Part shown: piece by piece, positions 36,531-48,029 of the stretch
Layout of the letters: each line of letters opens with the position of its first letter
Position numbering within the stretch: position 1 is the first letter of the stretch
Assembly (NCBI RefSeq): GCF_009834535.1
Contig: NC_045717.1
Span: 26,102,001-26,166,000, forward strand
Length of the DNA: 64,000 nt
Direction of reading: 5' to 3'
Source of the DNA: Camelus ferus
Taxonomy: Eukaryota
Made by a program: the position numbers and the translations under genes
Notes under the pieces: model-generated
The model's input: the letters and a program-made list of their open reading frames with translations, nothing else
Told to the model about the DNA's origin: nothing
Databases searched by the model: none

Positions 36531-37729
36531 TTGAAACTTCATCAGTGAGATGTGGATGCCGAGGCACCCCGTGGAACTAAGCTGCAGTGAGGAAGCAGTC
36601 CCTCCCAGGGGGGCGGAGGCCAGCATCGCCCCCGGGGCATCTGTGGAGCTGGGGGCAGGGCGTTGCCTGGGGAAGGAGGAGCCAACAGAGAGGCTGGTGG
36701 CCAGGAGGGCTGGCGGAACAGACTGGGGCCTGGAGGAGATGGGCAGACTGTCTCCCACGGGACTTTGCTCCGTGCTGGGCTGTGAGCAGGCTGGGTGGAG
36801 GGCCAGAGTGAAACCTGCAGTCTTTCGTGCTTAGAGATCAGGGAAATCAGAACGCGGGGCTAGCAGGTGAAGACCTAAGCGAGCGTCAGGACCGCTGGGC
36901 TAGAACTGAAGCTGATCAAGGTGGAAGCCCAGCCTCTGCAGCCAGCTCCGCTCCTGGGAGACCCTCCCCCAGGCTCCCCGGGGAGGGAGGGCGCGCTCTT
37001 GCTGGGGGAGAGGCACCTGGCTTCTCGTCCCTTCACACGGGGCTTGGAAGGCAATGAAAACTGGGAACATGGCAAGGAGGGAAATGCTACCCATAATCAA
37101 GAGGGAAACCAGTCGACAGACGCAGACCCACAGAGGCCCCGATGCTGACACCAGATGCCAAGGATGGGAGAAATCACTGCGATGAATCCGGTAAAGAACA
37201 GAGAGGAAAACAGGGCATGGGGTGAAGAGAGAGGATTTCAACAGAGAAATGGAAATGCTACGAAGAGAAAAGAGCCTCTGGAACTGAAAAATACCTGAAT
37301 AGGATGTACCGGATTTGGTCGCTTACAGGAGACACAACCGGAGAGGCCAAATATTTATCTCCAAAGACAGGTCCAAGTTCTCCAGGCTGAAGCCCAGACA
37401 GAAAACAGGGGGAAGGAACCCGGAGCAGAGTATGAGAGACCTGCGGGGTCACATCACGCAGCCCCGCACAGAGGTCACTGGAATCCTGAGGCGCAAAGAG
37501 AAGACGGGCACACCAGGTGTGTGAATAGCTAACAGACTGATGGAAAGTACCAGCCCGCAGACCCACGGTGCTCCGCAAACACGCAGCAGGGTACGTACGG
37601 GAGAAGCCACGCTCCGTGGCCAAGGACCTCCAAGACAAAGGCGAAACACTGAAGGGCAACCAGACAGAAAAGGCTCCTTCCAAGGGTTGATGGTGGCAGC
37701 TCCCCGATGGGACAGCATCTTTAAGATGC

Positions 37730-38215
37730 TAAAAGGAGCCCCGTAGATGTCCACTGACAGACGGCTGGATGAAGAAGCCGTGGTGTGTGTATGCACGCCA
37801 TGGAACACGACTCGATCGTAAAACCGTAAAATGCCATTTGCAGCAACATGGATGGAGCTAGAGATCATCACTCTAAATGAAGCCGGAAAGAGAAAAACAC
37901 CATAGGGTGTTTTACTCACACGTGGAACCTAAAACAAAGAACACGATGAATTCACCTACAAGACAAACAGACTTGACTCACAGACAGAGTAAGCAATCTT
38001 ATGGTTACTGGGGAAGGGGTGGGAAGGGATAAATTTGGGAGTTTGAGATTTGCAAATGTTAGCCACTACATATAAAAATAGATTTAAAAAGTTTTTTCTG
38101 TACAGCATAGGGAACTATGTTTAATATCGTGTAATAACCTTTAATGAAAAATACAGAAACGAATATATGTATGTATATGCATGACTGGGACACTGTGCTG
38201 TGCCCCAGAAATGGA
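37730..38215 (+). mobile_element. L1 3' end (cetartiodactyl-type 3'UTR)
   Basis: 'tgccatttgcagcaacatggatggagctagagatc...gggagtttgagatttgcaaatg...taactgactgtacttcagtaggaaaaaa'. Confidence 0.85.
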
Positions 38216-38689
38216 CTCACTGTAACTGACTGTACTTCAGTAGGAAAAAAAAAGACACGCAAAGGCCACAGCCACGCCCAAACCGCTGCCAACCCAGAAC
38301 CCCACTCCCGCCGAACATACCTCCTGCCAATGCAGGCGGAAGGTGTCTTCGGGCAACTAAAGGCTGGATTTTTTCACAACACCCCACACCACAGGGAATA
38401 TTAAAGAGAGTGTTTGGGTGGAAAGGCCAGGGTCCTGGAGGGAAGCTGCTGGCAGCAGGGAGAAACAGGGGAGGTGGGAGGTGGTGACATGGGGGTGAAC
38501 ACACGGGAACTCTCCAAAACTGTATCTGTGAGACTTGACCACATAAAACAAACATGGTGACACAGGAATCGCGCACTTTTAACAGACGCCAGAAGTAAAA
38601 TAAATGGCAGAAACAGCACACAGTGGGGGGAGCAGAAGAGGACACTGCCTGCCGGCCTGCACGTGCATCGCCACCTCCTGCGCTTCTCC

Positions 38690-39350
38690 GCTGCTGGTTA
38701 TTATGAACCGGCACGTGATCCTCAAAAAAACAGACAGACTTACCCTCTGATCCAGCAGTCCCACTCCTGGGCATATAAACAGAGGGAACTCTAATTCGAA
38801 AAGATGCGCACCCCAGTATTCGTAATAGCACTGTTTACAACAGCCAAGACATGGAAGCACCCTAAATGTCCATCAACAGGCGGTTGGGTAAAGAAGCTGT
38901 GGTGTATACGCAGCGGAACACGACTCCGCCATTTAAAAAAATGAAATAATGCTATCCGCAGTGACCCGGATGGACCTGGAGATTATCATTCTAAGTGAAA
39001 TAAGCCTGAAAGAGAAAAATACCATACGTTACTTATGTGTGGAATCTAAAAAAAAAGAAAAATGAAAAAAGAGGACACTAAGGAAGTCATCTACAAAACA
39101 GAAGCAGGTTCACAGAGTCTTAACGGTCTGAGGGGAGAGAAAGGGAGCAGGAGAGGGGGACATGGGAGCCTGAGATTTGCAAATGGTGACCACCGTACGT
39201 AAGGACAGATGTAAAAGAACAAACGTCTTCTGTGTAGCACCTGGAACTACACTCAGTGTCTTACGATAGCCTTTAAAGAAAAGTATGTGTGTGCACGCCT
39301 GGGACACAGTGCTGCACACCAGAAACTGACACACTGTAACTGACCGCAAT
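38690..39350 (+). mobile_element. Second L1 3' end of the same type
   Basis: 'tgatccagcagtcccactcctgggcatata...gagatttgcaaatg...ctgtaactgaccgcaattc'. Confidence 0.85.
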
Positions 39351-40926
39351 TCAAAGAGAGAGAGCGCCTGAGTCGGTGCCTCTGGCTCCAGTCCACCCCG
39401 CAGGGCTCGGGCTGGCCTCCCCTCTGCCTTGCTGTCCAGCGCATCCAGCGCGTCCTGGCAGCACCTGGAGCCCCTGGCTTCTGAAAAGGCTACTCCGTCG
39501 TTGCCTCCCTCCCGAGGCCGAACCCTCTCGCTTTGATAAAGATTCTACCTCTTTGCCCGTGGGCCTTGACGGTGATTGTCTTGCAAGGACGTGCCTCATG
39601 GGTGACTGTTCTGATTCACCTGGAGGTTCAGGTCTCTCAGTCTTCAGGTGGTCGTTCTGACCCACATTTTCAAAGATGCAGGTGAAACCCTCCCTCCGCT
39701 GCCACCCGGCACCACCTCCATGCTCCCCACACCACTCACTGCTTCACCTCTGCATTCTCCTCCTGCTTCCAAGGTCTTTTCCCACATCCTTCTCAGCACT
39801 TTGGGCACCTGGCAGTTTATCCTTCTTTTCTAAAGTCATTTTGTTCTCACGCTTCCTTCCCAAATCCCATCAGTTGTTTCCAGGCCTGGGTTCCATCCAT
39901 GTCCCTCCTTAGTTTCTGAATTTCTGAGCCAAGACGGTTTCACATCCTCTGACCCTGTTGGAGTAGCCTTGTGCGCCTGCCCTCCTCCGGCCTCAGGTCA
40001 TCTCCCTGGGGAGGCCGGGCATCCTGTTGCTGGGGCGAAGGACCGTGTTGGGTCGTGCTGTGAACTCCTGCTCCCTTTGCTTCTGGCCACTTGCTGGCTG
40101 CCCCCCATCCCTGCCGTTGCTCCCACAGCCTGACAGAGACGCAGGGGGCCAAGACCCGACGGGGTATCTGGGGACTTCACTTACTTTAGAAGTGTGGGCA
40201 GGACTTTGCACACACCTGGTCTTCCCCTCGGTGGCTCTGACTTGTCCTGAGCAGGCTGGCAGCAGGCAGGGCAGGTGCTGTCAGCATCTTCAGCTTCCTG
40301 GGATCCCTGTTGAAATGTTTATAAAGAACTGTTGCTGATCTGCGTCTTGCCAGTTGCCCGCTGTTGTGAAGGCCTCACCTCCTAACACCATCCTGCTGGG
40401 GGTGGCAACCTCTGGACGCTGAGGGACAGAAACAGTCACTCTGTAGCCACCAGGATCGCTTTTCCTCTGCTGCGTCCGTGGTGACTGGGAAGCCGTCACC
40501 GGGCTTCCCCCTCAGCGCTGTTGGCCTCCCTCGAGACCCAAGCACCCAGACACAGTTGGCGCCTCTTTGCTCCTGGAAGGGAAGCAGCCTGAGTCAGGGG
40601 TCCCAATGTGTGTGTGGAGACCCAGGGGGAGCCCCTGTCCTTCAACGCCCGGATCTGTGGTCTCCCCCTCCCATCACTGTTTGCTTAAGGCTGTTCTTCC
40701 CACCTGCCCCCAATAACCCAGCCCAGTGCTTACCTTCACTTTAGTTCTGCTACTTTGTTTCCCACCATCCACTTCTCCTGAGCAAGGGGCCTGCCACCCC
40801 CTGGCTCCTTTCCAGACTGTCCCACCTCCGCCTGTCCCCCCCAGGGACACTGTATCTGAGCTGCTGCTTGGCTCGGCCAAGCCTCTCGGAAAGACGACAC
40901 CACACTGAGGACTGGTTTCATTTTCC

Positions 40927-40932
40927 TTTATT
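40927..40932 (-). terminator. CSNK1G2: CSNK1G2 polyadenylation signal AATAAA
   Basis: TTTATT on the + strand, followed on the - strand by GU-rich 'gtgtggtgtcgtcttt'. Gives a ~850 nt 3'UTR. Confidence 0.85.
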
Positions 40933-41766
40933 TTTTTTAAAAAAGCCCCTAAGTTCTATGGCTTCCAGGAAGCATCAAAGAAACGGAAGTGCCATTTCTG
41001 TACACTTTGTAAAGCAAGACCTAGACGCACACGCCGTGGGGGCACCCCCAGCCGCTCTGCCCACGCAGGACGCGGGGCTCCAGGGACCACTGGCAGCACT
41101 GACGGGGCTGCCCGCTCCGCACGCACCTGCAGGGCTGGGGACGGGCTTTAAGGCGCTTGTCTCCCACTGCTCGGCCAGCAGCGCACAGCCCACACAAGAA
41201 GCCCGCACGCCCGGCGCTGCCGGCTGGCCACGAGGCAGCGCCCCGAGTTCCGGGCCAGCAGCGGCCCCTTGAGCAGGTGCGCAAAACAGCCCGCGGGCCA
41301 TGCCCGCCGGCCCAGGCTTTGGTGCAGCATTTTGGTTGCCGGCCGCCCCCACCCCGCCTTCCCCTTTGGTTTGGGGAGGCCCAGGACGGGCTCACCCTCG
41401 GCAGCAACGCCCCCGCAGCGCCCCCTCGAGAAAACAGCCTTTGGATCGAGGGAGAAGCTGCATTGAATCACACTAACGGTGGCGGCGGTGGCGGCGGGCC
41501 CACTACTCACTCAGCAGGCGGGCGGGGAGTGGGGCAGGACGGCCGCTGTGGTTTTCTCTTTTCCTTGTTTTAAAGTTAATGCTCTCGGAGGGGAGGACTA
41601 GACACAGGTGTAGAAACCTCGGCCAAAGTCTTACGTGAAGGAAGTGGCCCCCCGTGGGGGCGGCAGCTCAGCCAGCCCTGCAGCTTGCATCTGGCTGTGG
41701 CCACGGGGCCACGGCAAGCTGGCCCGAGGGGCTGCAGCGGGAGGACTCAGGGGCCGCCGCCCAAGG

Positions 41767-41821
41767 TCACTTGTGTCGCTGCAGCGATTTTCTCTTCCTC
41801 CTCTTGAAGAAACAGCAGCAC
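41767..41821 (-). CDS. CSNK1G2: CSNK1G2 last coding exon (exon 12): (K)CCCFFKRRKRKSLQRHK*
   Basis: Acceptor ctcttccag| and TGA at 41769-41767. Confidence 0.95.
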
Positions 41822-41915
41822 CTGGAAGAGGCGGGAACAGGGTGGGCGGTGGGCGCAGGCTGGGGGGGGGGTGAAGGCGGGCGCAGGGGGTGGAAGGGGG
41901 CGGGGCAGGCCTCAC

Positions 41916-42023
41916 TTGGTGTCGTCAGCCACCTCCACCTCTGCGGGGGCCGTGATGGGGGCATTGGAGTGACCGGCGGTGGGGTCAGTCGGCATTCAGC
42001 TCCCCGTTGGTGGAGTTCAGTGC
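41916..42023 (-). CDS. CSNK1G2: CSNK1G2 exon 11 (108 nt, one base longer than the reading frame allows)
   Basis: cag|GCA CTG AAC TCC ACC AAC GGG GAG CTG AAT GCC GAC TGA. The +1 frame resumes [23 protein letters not shown]; donor AA|gtgagg. Confidence 0.92.
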
Positions 42024-42108
42024 CTGCAGGGAAAGTGGGGGAAGGGAAGTCCTGTGGGCCCCGCTTTGCGCCCTCCCGTGTTGTTAGGTCCTCTGCCCGG
42101 CCCCTCAC

Positions 42109-42192
42109 CTGGTTTTTGCTGTGTAGCAGGGCTTTGTCCCGAACTTGAGGCTGCGAGGGCAGGTCGGTGTGGACCGTGCCGATGGGCGTGGG
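42109..42192 (-). CDS. CSNK1G2: CSNK1G2 exon 10 (84 nt)
   Basis: [28 protein letters not shown], flanked by cag| and |gtgagg. Confidence 0.95.
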
Positions 42193-42302
42193 CTGCAGGG
42201 ACAGGACCCAGTGCTGAGGCCCCGGGCCCGCTCTCACCCCCCTCCACGTTGCAAGGCTGGTAGACCAGCATCCCGCCCCCACGCACCGGGGCCCCCACGC
42301 AC

Positions 42303-42451
42303 CAGGGGCTTCCCAGCCCAGTCGTACTCATAGTCGAACACAAAGCCGCTGCGGTCAAAGAGGTCGGTGAAGAGCTTGCGCAGGTAGTCGTAGTCGGGCT
42401 TCTCGAAGAAGTCCAGGCGCCGCACATAGCGCAGGTACGTGGCCATCTCCT
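42303..42451 (-). CDS. CSNK1G2: CSNK1G2 exon 9 (149 nt)
   Basis: [50 protein letters not shown]. Confidence 0.96.
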
Positions 42452-42573
42452 CTGCGAAAAGCGGCATGGCTGGGTGCGTGGAGGCACGGGGACGGTCCGG
42501 AACGGGGGCGCCTGGGGTGGGGGGCCCTGCAGGGAGCAGGGACCCGGGGAACGCGGGGCAGGGCGGCCCTCAC

Positions 42574-42658
42574 CTGGGAAGCTCTCGCAGAGCACCTCGA
42601 TGGGCGTGGCTCGCTTGGTGTCCCCGATCTTCTGGTAGCGCTCCTTGAGCGTGTCCGC
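42574..42658 (-). CDS. CSNK1G2: CSNK1G2 exon 8 (85 nt)
   Basis: [28 protein letters not shown]. Confidence 0.95.
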
Positions 42659-42736
42659 CTGCGGGGAGCTGGGTCAGCGCCTCAGCACGCACAGCACGCA
42701 GGAGACCCCGCCCCGCCCGGGCCCGGCGCCGCCCAC

Positions 42737-42822
42737 CTTGAGCCCCTGCCAGGGCAGGCTGCCGCGCAGGAAGTACATGAACATGTGGCCCAGCGCCTCC
42801 AGGTCGTCGCGGCGGCTCTGCT
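42737..42822 (-). CDS. CSNK1G2: CSNK1G2 exon 7 (86 nt)
   Basis: [29 protein letters not shown]. Confidence 0.96.
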
Positions 42823-42872
42823 CTGCGGGGGGACAGCAGGTCAGCGCGGCCCCCACGCCCCCCCGCCCGGCC

Positions 42873-43012
42873 NNNNNNNNNNNNNNNNNNNNNNNNNNNN
42901 NNNNNNNNNNNNNNNNNNNNNNNNNNNNNNNNNNNNNNNNNNNNNNNNNNNNNNNNNNNNNNNNNNNNNNNNNNNNNNNNNNNNNNNNNNNNNNNNNNNN
43001 NNNNNNNNNNNN
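42873..43012. other. N-run (140 nt) hiding the 3' half of CSNK1G2 exon 6
   Basis: Undetermined bases where the DFG motif to 'THLGK' is expected. Confidence 0.99.
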
Positions 43013-43121
43013 TGTGGATGGCGTGCTGACGCTTGGTGCCCGGCCGTCCCACCAGGAAGTTCTCCGGCTTCACGTCGCGGTAGATGAGGCTCTTGGTGTG
43101 CACGTACTCCATGCGCGTGAT
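42887..43121 (-). CDS. CSNK1G2: CSNK1G2 exon 6 (visible 43013-43121; 3' end inferred inside the N-run)
   Basis: [36 protein letters not shown] is visible. End inferred from an expected 235-nt length. Confidence 0.85.
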
Positions 43122-43220
43122 CTGCGGGCAGGCCGCAGCGGTCGCCCTGTGCCCCGCCCCTCCAGCCCCGCCCTCGCCCGCCAACCCCCCCACCCCGCAC
43201 TCCCGCTCCCGAGCCCGCAC

Positions 43221-43369
43221 CAGCTGGATGGCGATCATGAGCACCGTCTTGAGCGNNNNNNNNNNNNNNNNNNNNNNNNNNNNNNNNNNNNNNNNNNNNN
43301 NNNNNNNNNNNNNNNNNNNNNNNNNNNNNNNNNNNNNNNNNNNNNNNNNNNNNNNNNNNNNNNNNNNNN
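43221..43369 (-). CDS. CSNK1G2: CSNK1G2 exon 5 (visible 43221-43255; 5' part inside the N-run)
   Basis: [11 protein letters not shown]|gtgcgg is visible. Start inferred from an expected 149-nt length. Confidence 0.8.
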
Positions 43370-43387
43370 NNNNNNNNNNNNNNNNNN
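43256..43387. other. N-run (132 nt)
   Basis: Undetermined bases. Confidence 0.99.
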
Positions 43388-43446
43388 AGACTCATGCGAT
43401 GCCCAGGCGGGCTCCTGCTGTGCCCCCGAAACCAGCCCCAGGGTAC

Positions 43447-43516
43447 CTGCCGCGCTGAGCTGCTTATAGAAGCGGTACTCCAGGTGCAGCTGCGGGGCCC
43501 GGGACTTGATGGGCTC
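43447..43516 (-). CDS. CSNK1G2: CSNK1G2 exon 4 (70 nt)
   Basis: [23 protein letters not shown]. cag| and G|gtaccc boundaries. Confidence 0.95.
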
Positions 43517-43634
43517 CTGCGAGGGACGAGGACATGTGCGGATGTTACCCAGGGTGCAGGCCTGGCACTCCTGCTCGGGGTCCCGGGGTAGGGGACAGAC
43601 CAGGCTGGGGGTTGGGGGCAGGGCCTGGACTCAC

Positions 43635-43675
43635 CAACTTGATAGCTACGTATTCGTTTGTGTAGAGATTCTTTC
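43635..43675 (-). CDS. CSNK1G2: CSNK1G2 exon 3 (41 nt)
   Basis: GKNLYTNEYVAIKL. Donor |gtgagt. Confidence 0.95.
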
Positions 43676-45129
43676 CTGCGGGAGGAAAGGCACATCAGGC
43701 CGGCAGGGCCCCGGCACTCAGAAGACCCAGCCCCGCCCACCCCTCCGAGGGGCACCTCCTTCTCCACTGTGAACTTGGCCCAGCCTTCTCAGGCCCGGGA
43801 GGGAAAAGGGCGCCCACAAGGAATGGCCACACCGCTGTGGGCACTGCCATCTGCCCCCGAACCCTCATCTCCTGGGCCCCAAGCTGCCGTCCCGCCCTCT
43901 CCTCAGTCCCCACCCAGCTCTCACCCAGGCACCCCAACCACCCTCCAACCCCCCAGCCCTGCCTCGGCCCACTCAAGGGGCTGTTCCCAAGTCCTCTGCG
44001 GGATCCTTCCCGCCGGCACGCCAACGCGTTCCAATTTCTCCCATCTAGAAAAGGGAAAATAGAACAAAGAGCCCTGGTGACCCCAAGACCCTCCAGCTGC
44101 AGCTGTAGGGAACTCGGAGACACCACACCCCTTGCCCACGCCCTCCCTCCGTCCTGTCCCCCACACCACCTGACCTGCACTCCCCCCCCAGCCCCAGGGA
44201 CCCCCTCATCCCCACCGGTCACCCTACAGCCTGGCTCCTGTAACTCAGTTCAGCTGGGCACGGCCTCCTGCAACCGGAAGACCAGCCCCACCCCCATCGC
44301 TGTGCAGCAAGGACCAGACCAGGAGACACCCCCCACCCCTGCCCTGTAGCTTCCCCGAATGACAGAGCCCAGCAGGGCCGGGGCAGAGCCTGAATCCTGG
44401 GGTTACAAACAGACCCTGGACCTGGACCTCCACGTGCCCACAGAGAACGAGCCAATGTGCTCAACCCCACAAAACTGCAAAAAACCCAAGCTCCAGAACT
44501 CAACAAAGTTCAGACCTAGGACAGGGCAGTGATGCTGCTGGGTGACAGTTCCCACCATGCAGGGGCCGCCGCAGGCCTTTGGTGTGCGTTTGCCAGGAGC
44601 TGCGCACAGCACCGAGTACACCCCCATCCCTCTGCCCCTCCCGCCGGCTTCCTGGGTCCTCAGCGCTGGGAAGGGGGCCCCACGGCGCACTGGCCCGCAG
44701 GCAACTTCACGCCTGAGTCACTGCGCTGCTGCTGGTCTTGTTCCCAAGAGGATCCAGCCTGGAAGAGGCCTCGGCTCGCTCTCCAGCCCGCTGCAGCCGG
44801 ACAGTCTGCACTGGTTTGGCCCCACCCATGTCATGGCCGAGGCACCACCGATCCCACCCCACAGGCGGAGGTCTGGGTTCCCACTTGTCTCTGCCCCACG
44901 CTGGGCGTCTGCATCGTTGGCGCCTGGCCTGGGGGTCTTCAGCTCAGCCTCGGCTCTTCAGCGCCTGGGTTTCCATCAGAGTTTATAGTCAGCTCGTCCA
45001 TTTCCCTAGAAACCTGCAGGGAGGACATCGAGTCGGCAGGAGAGCCGCCCCGGCCACTGCTCCGGGCGGGCCGCTCGGCGATGTTCTCGGCGCTCGGTGC
45101 AGAGGGCTTGCATGGCCTCCGTTAGATGT

Positions 45130-45730
45130 GGGCTGGAGGCACTTGTGGTTTTGGTGCTCTTACGATTGGTAGTGGTTTTAATTTTTTACTTGCCAGTTGT
45201 TGCTTGAACAGAGAAACACAGCTGATCTGTGTTGGCAGAGCAGCAGCCTTGCTAAACACATCATTTCTGTTTCACTGAGAAATCCCTCTGGCATCTGCAC
45301 ATGCATGACTGTGGCATCCAGGGCTGTTCACAGCTGTCTTTCTTCCCCAGTCTTTTCACCTTTACTTCTGGTCCTGGCCGCCGTCTGGAGTGGGTGAGTG
45401 CAGACCCCCACTTGCTCGGTTAGGACGAGCAGATACCCTCTAGCAGGAAAAGAAAGCTTCCTTCCAGTCCTGGTTCTTGGGTTCGGATTAAACAAACAGG
45501 GGTGCCTCTTGTGTTTCCCCTAACATTGTACCATGAAACTTTCAAAACATACAGAAAAAAGGACTGAACTGTGTGCAGTGAACCCCCTAGCCCCGCAGCC
45601 TCGCATCCCACAAGCCACAAGCTGCTCTCTGCACGGCAGCGTATCTACACACCTGTTCCCCGGTCGTCTCATTTTCACATGGATTTCAAAGCTGCAGACA
45701 TCAGTACCCTGCCCCTGAACACTCTGCTCT
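45130..45730 (-). mobile_element. Old L1 (L1ME-like) fragments
   Basis: 'ttgttgcttgaacagagaaacacagctgat...ccttgctaaac' and 'actttcaaaacatacagaaaa'. Confidence 0.55.
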
Positions 45731-46759
45731 GAAGATGAGGTTCCCTGTGTACTTGGTTCTTGGCGCTAACCTGGGAGGCCACATGTACCTGTGGAACGCT
45801 GCATTTGATGAGCTTTGGCAAATGCGTGCTGTGGGCCCCACGACCCCACTGACAGAGAACATCACCGCACCCCACCTCCCAAGAGGGGGACTCACCGCCC
45901 GCCCCTCCCCCCCTGGCTCCCACGGGGCTCGCTCTGGCTTCCTGAAGAGGCACATCCTGCCCCATCGCGGACGCCGCTGGCGTGTGTCCCATGTCCATCA
46001 CCAGAGCGGGGCCCAGGCCTCTCTGCGGGCGGCTGGGGCACTTCTTGGGCAGGCTTGCTGGTTTGTGCCACGCAGACCACACTTCCCCAGGATGAGGCAA
46101 GGGTCCCTCACGCTCCCCAGCCACTCACCCGTCTGCTTCTGTGAGGTGTCCAGATCCCTTGCCCGGTTTTCACTGGAGTGACCATCTTCTTACTGTTGGG
46201 TTGTTGTCCCTTCTTGCACCCTGGGTACCAGCGCTCTGTCAAACGGTGCCCAGCAATGGCCACCTCTCAGGCTGGGGCTTGCCAGCCTGTTGCTCTTCAC
46301 GAGGTTTTCAAATAAGCAGATAGTTTAAATTTCACTGGTGCCTAACTGATCTTCCTGGTAACTGGTAATTTTATCCTGTGTCTTACTGAAGACACCTCCT
46401 GTTTTGACCGCACGTGTAAGTTCTGGGAGAGCCAAAGTCCTGGAGTCCAGCAGAGTCTGAGGCGAGCACATGTGTGTGCACATGTGGGCACGTGCAGTCT
46501 GTGGATTTCCAGACTCCCAGGGGACTTCAGGTGCTCTGGGCTCTGAGAGCCTCACCAACGCCCAGCTCAGCAGTGTATGAGAAAAGCGAGAGGGCAGCCA
46601 GGCCTGAAGGAGGAGGACACCTCCTGAGGGGCTGTGAGCAGAAGATTCCGGGGGCTGCACAAGGCAGGAGGATGCTGGAGCCACAGCCATCCAGAGCACG
46701 GAGACCTCCCTGAACTCCCCCGAGATTCAGCTGAGAACCCAGAAAGCCCATGTATCGTA

Positions 46760-47880
46760 GAGGGGGACTCCACTCCATGAGTCATGTCTGCTCTTGGCCC
46801 ACCCTGTCAGCTGAAAACCAGTCCCTGATGGAGTGAAGATGAGTTGCCAGATCTCATGTGTGCCACCCAGTGTCCAGTATACAATAAAACAGCATTAGAC
46901 ATATGTGAAAAGTGAATAGGACCATAAAAGGAAAGACAGAGTCAAAGGCACCACAGACACTGGCATTTAAAACAGCTACTATAGGGATGTCTGAGGATTT
47001 AAAGGAAGAGATGGGCAAAATGAACGAGTAGATGGGAAAAATCTCAATAGAAAAAATAGGGGAATCAAATCGAAGTGAAATGTACCAAATGAAAAATCCA
47101 ATAGGTGTATCAAATAATACATTGGACAACATAGAAAAAAAGAAGGGTTAACTTACACCAGAGCAATAAAACTATCCAGCCTCAAGGAACAAGAAGGGCT
47201 CAGAGAAAACTGAGAAGAACTTGAGAGACCTGTGGGACACTCAGCATCAGACACTCCTAACAAACGTGTGACTGGAGTATGAAAATGAGAAGAGAGTGAA
47301 CAGAGGCAGAGAAGACATTTGAAGAAATAATGGCAGTTTTCCCAAATGTAATGCAACGGTGTCAGTACACAGATCCAAAAAGCTCAACGAACTCAAGGCA
47401 GGATAAACACAGAGAAAACCACACCTAAACAAGGCAGAATCAAAATTCCAAACCAGAGATAAAAAGAAACTCTTTAAAACAGCCCCAATCCTCCCCAACT
47501 CCCATACTACATACAGGGGAACAACGCTCAATACTGGTCATCAGGAAAAAGCAAATAAACATGAGCAGCGAGGCACCACTTCACATCCACCAACACGCTG
47601 GAAATGGAAGAGCCTGCCGTCCCAAGTGCTGGCGAGGAGGGGCGACACCCAGAGAACCGGTGTGCCGCCTGCGGGAACTTAAAGTGCTGCGACCGCTTAG
47701 GAAGCCAGCCTGGCAGGTTCTCAGAAGCACACGTGACCGAGTACTTTAATGGAAACACTCACACACAAGACTTGGAGAAGGATGCTCAGGGCGTTTTTAT
47801 TCACAATACCCCAAATCTGGGCACAGCCAAATACCCCTGAGCGGGAGGGCACATAAGCAAAACCGGGGCGCAGTCGTACA
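46760..47880 (+). mobile_element. Old L1 ORF1 and 3' fragments
   Basis: 'cccagtgtccagtatacaataaaa...aactatccagcc...gacctgtgggac...tcaacgaactcaaggcaggataaac' is L1 ORF1-like. Confidence 0.7.
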
Positions 47881-48029
47881 AATGGACAGAGTAACAAAGA
47901 GCAACCAACTCCAGGCACGGGAAACAAGCAAGACACTCTCCCAGAGCGCCGAGCGGGAGCCAGGCAAATACACACAGTCGCCCCTCAGCGTCCGTGGGGA
48001 ATGGTGCCGGGAGCCCCCAGGGACACCCG

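Noticed and set aside
42447-42453. Tandem AG acceptors at CSNK1G2 exon 9 (cag|AG GAG)
   Set aside because: The alternative AGs are +2 and +5 nt away, so both would frameshift; this is not an in-frame NAGNAG.
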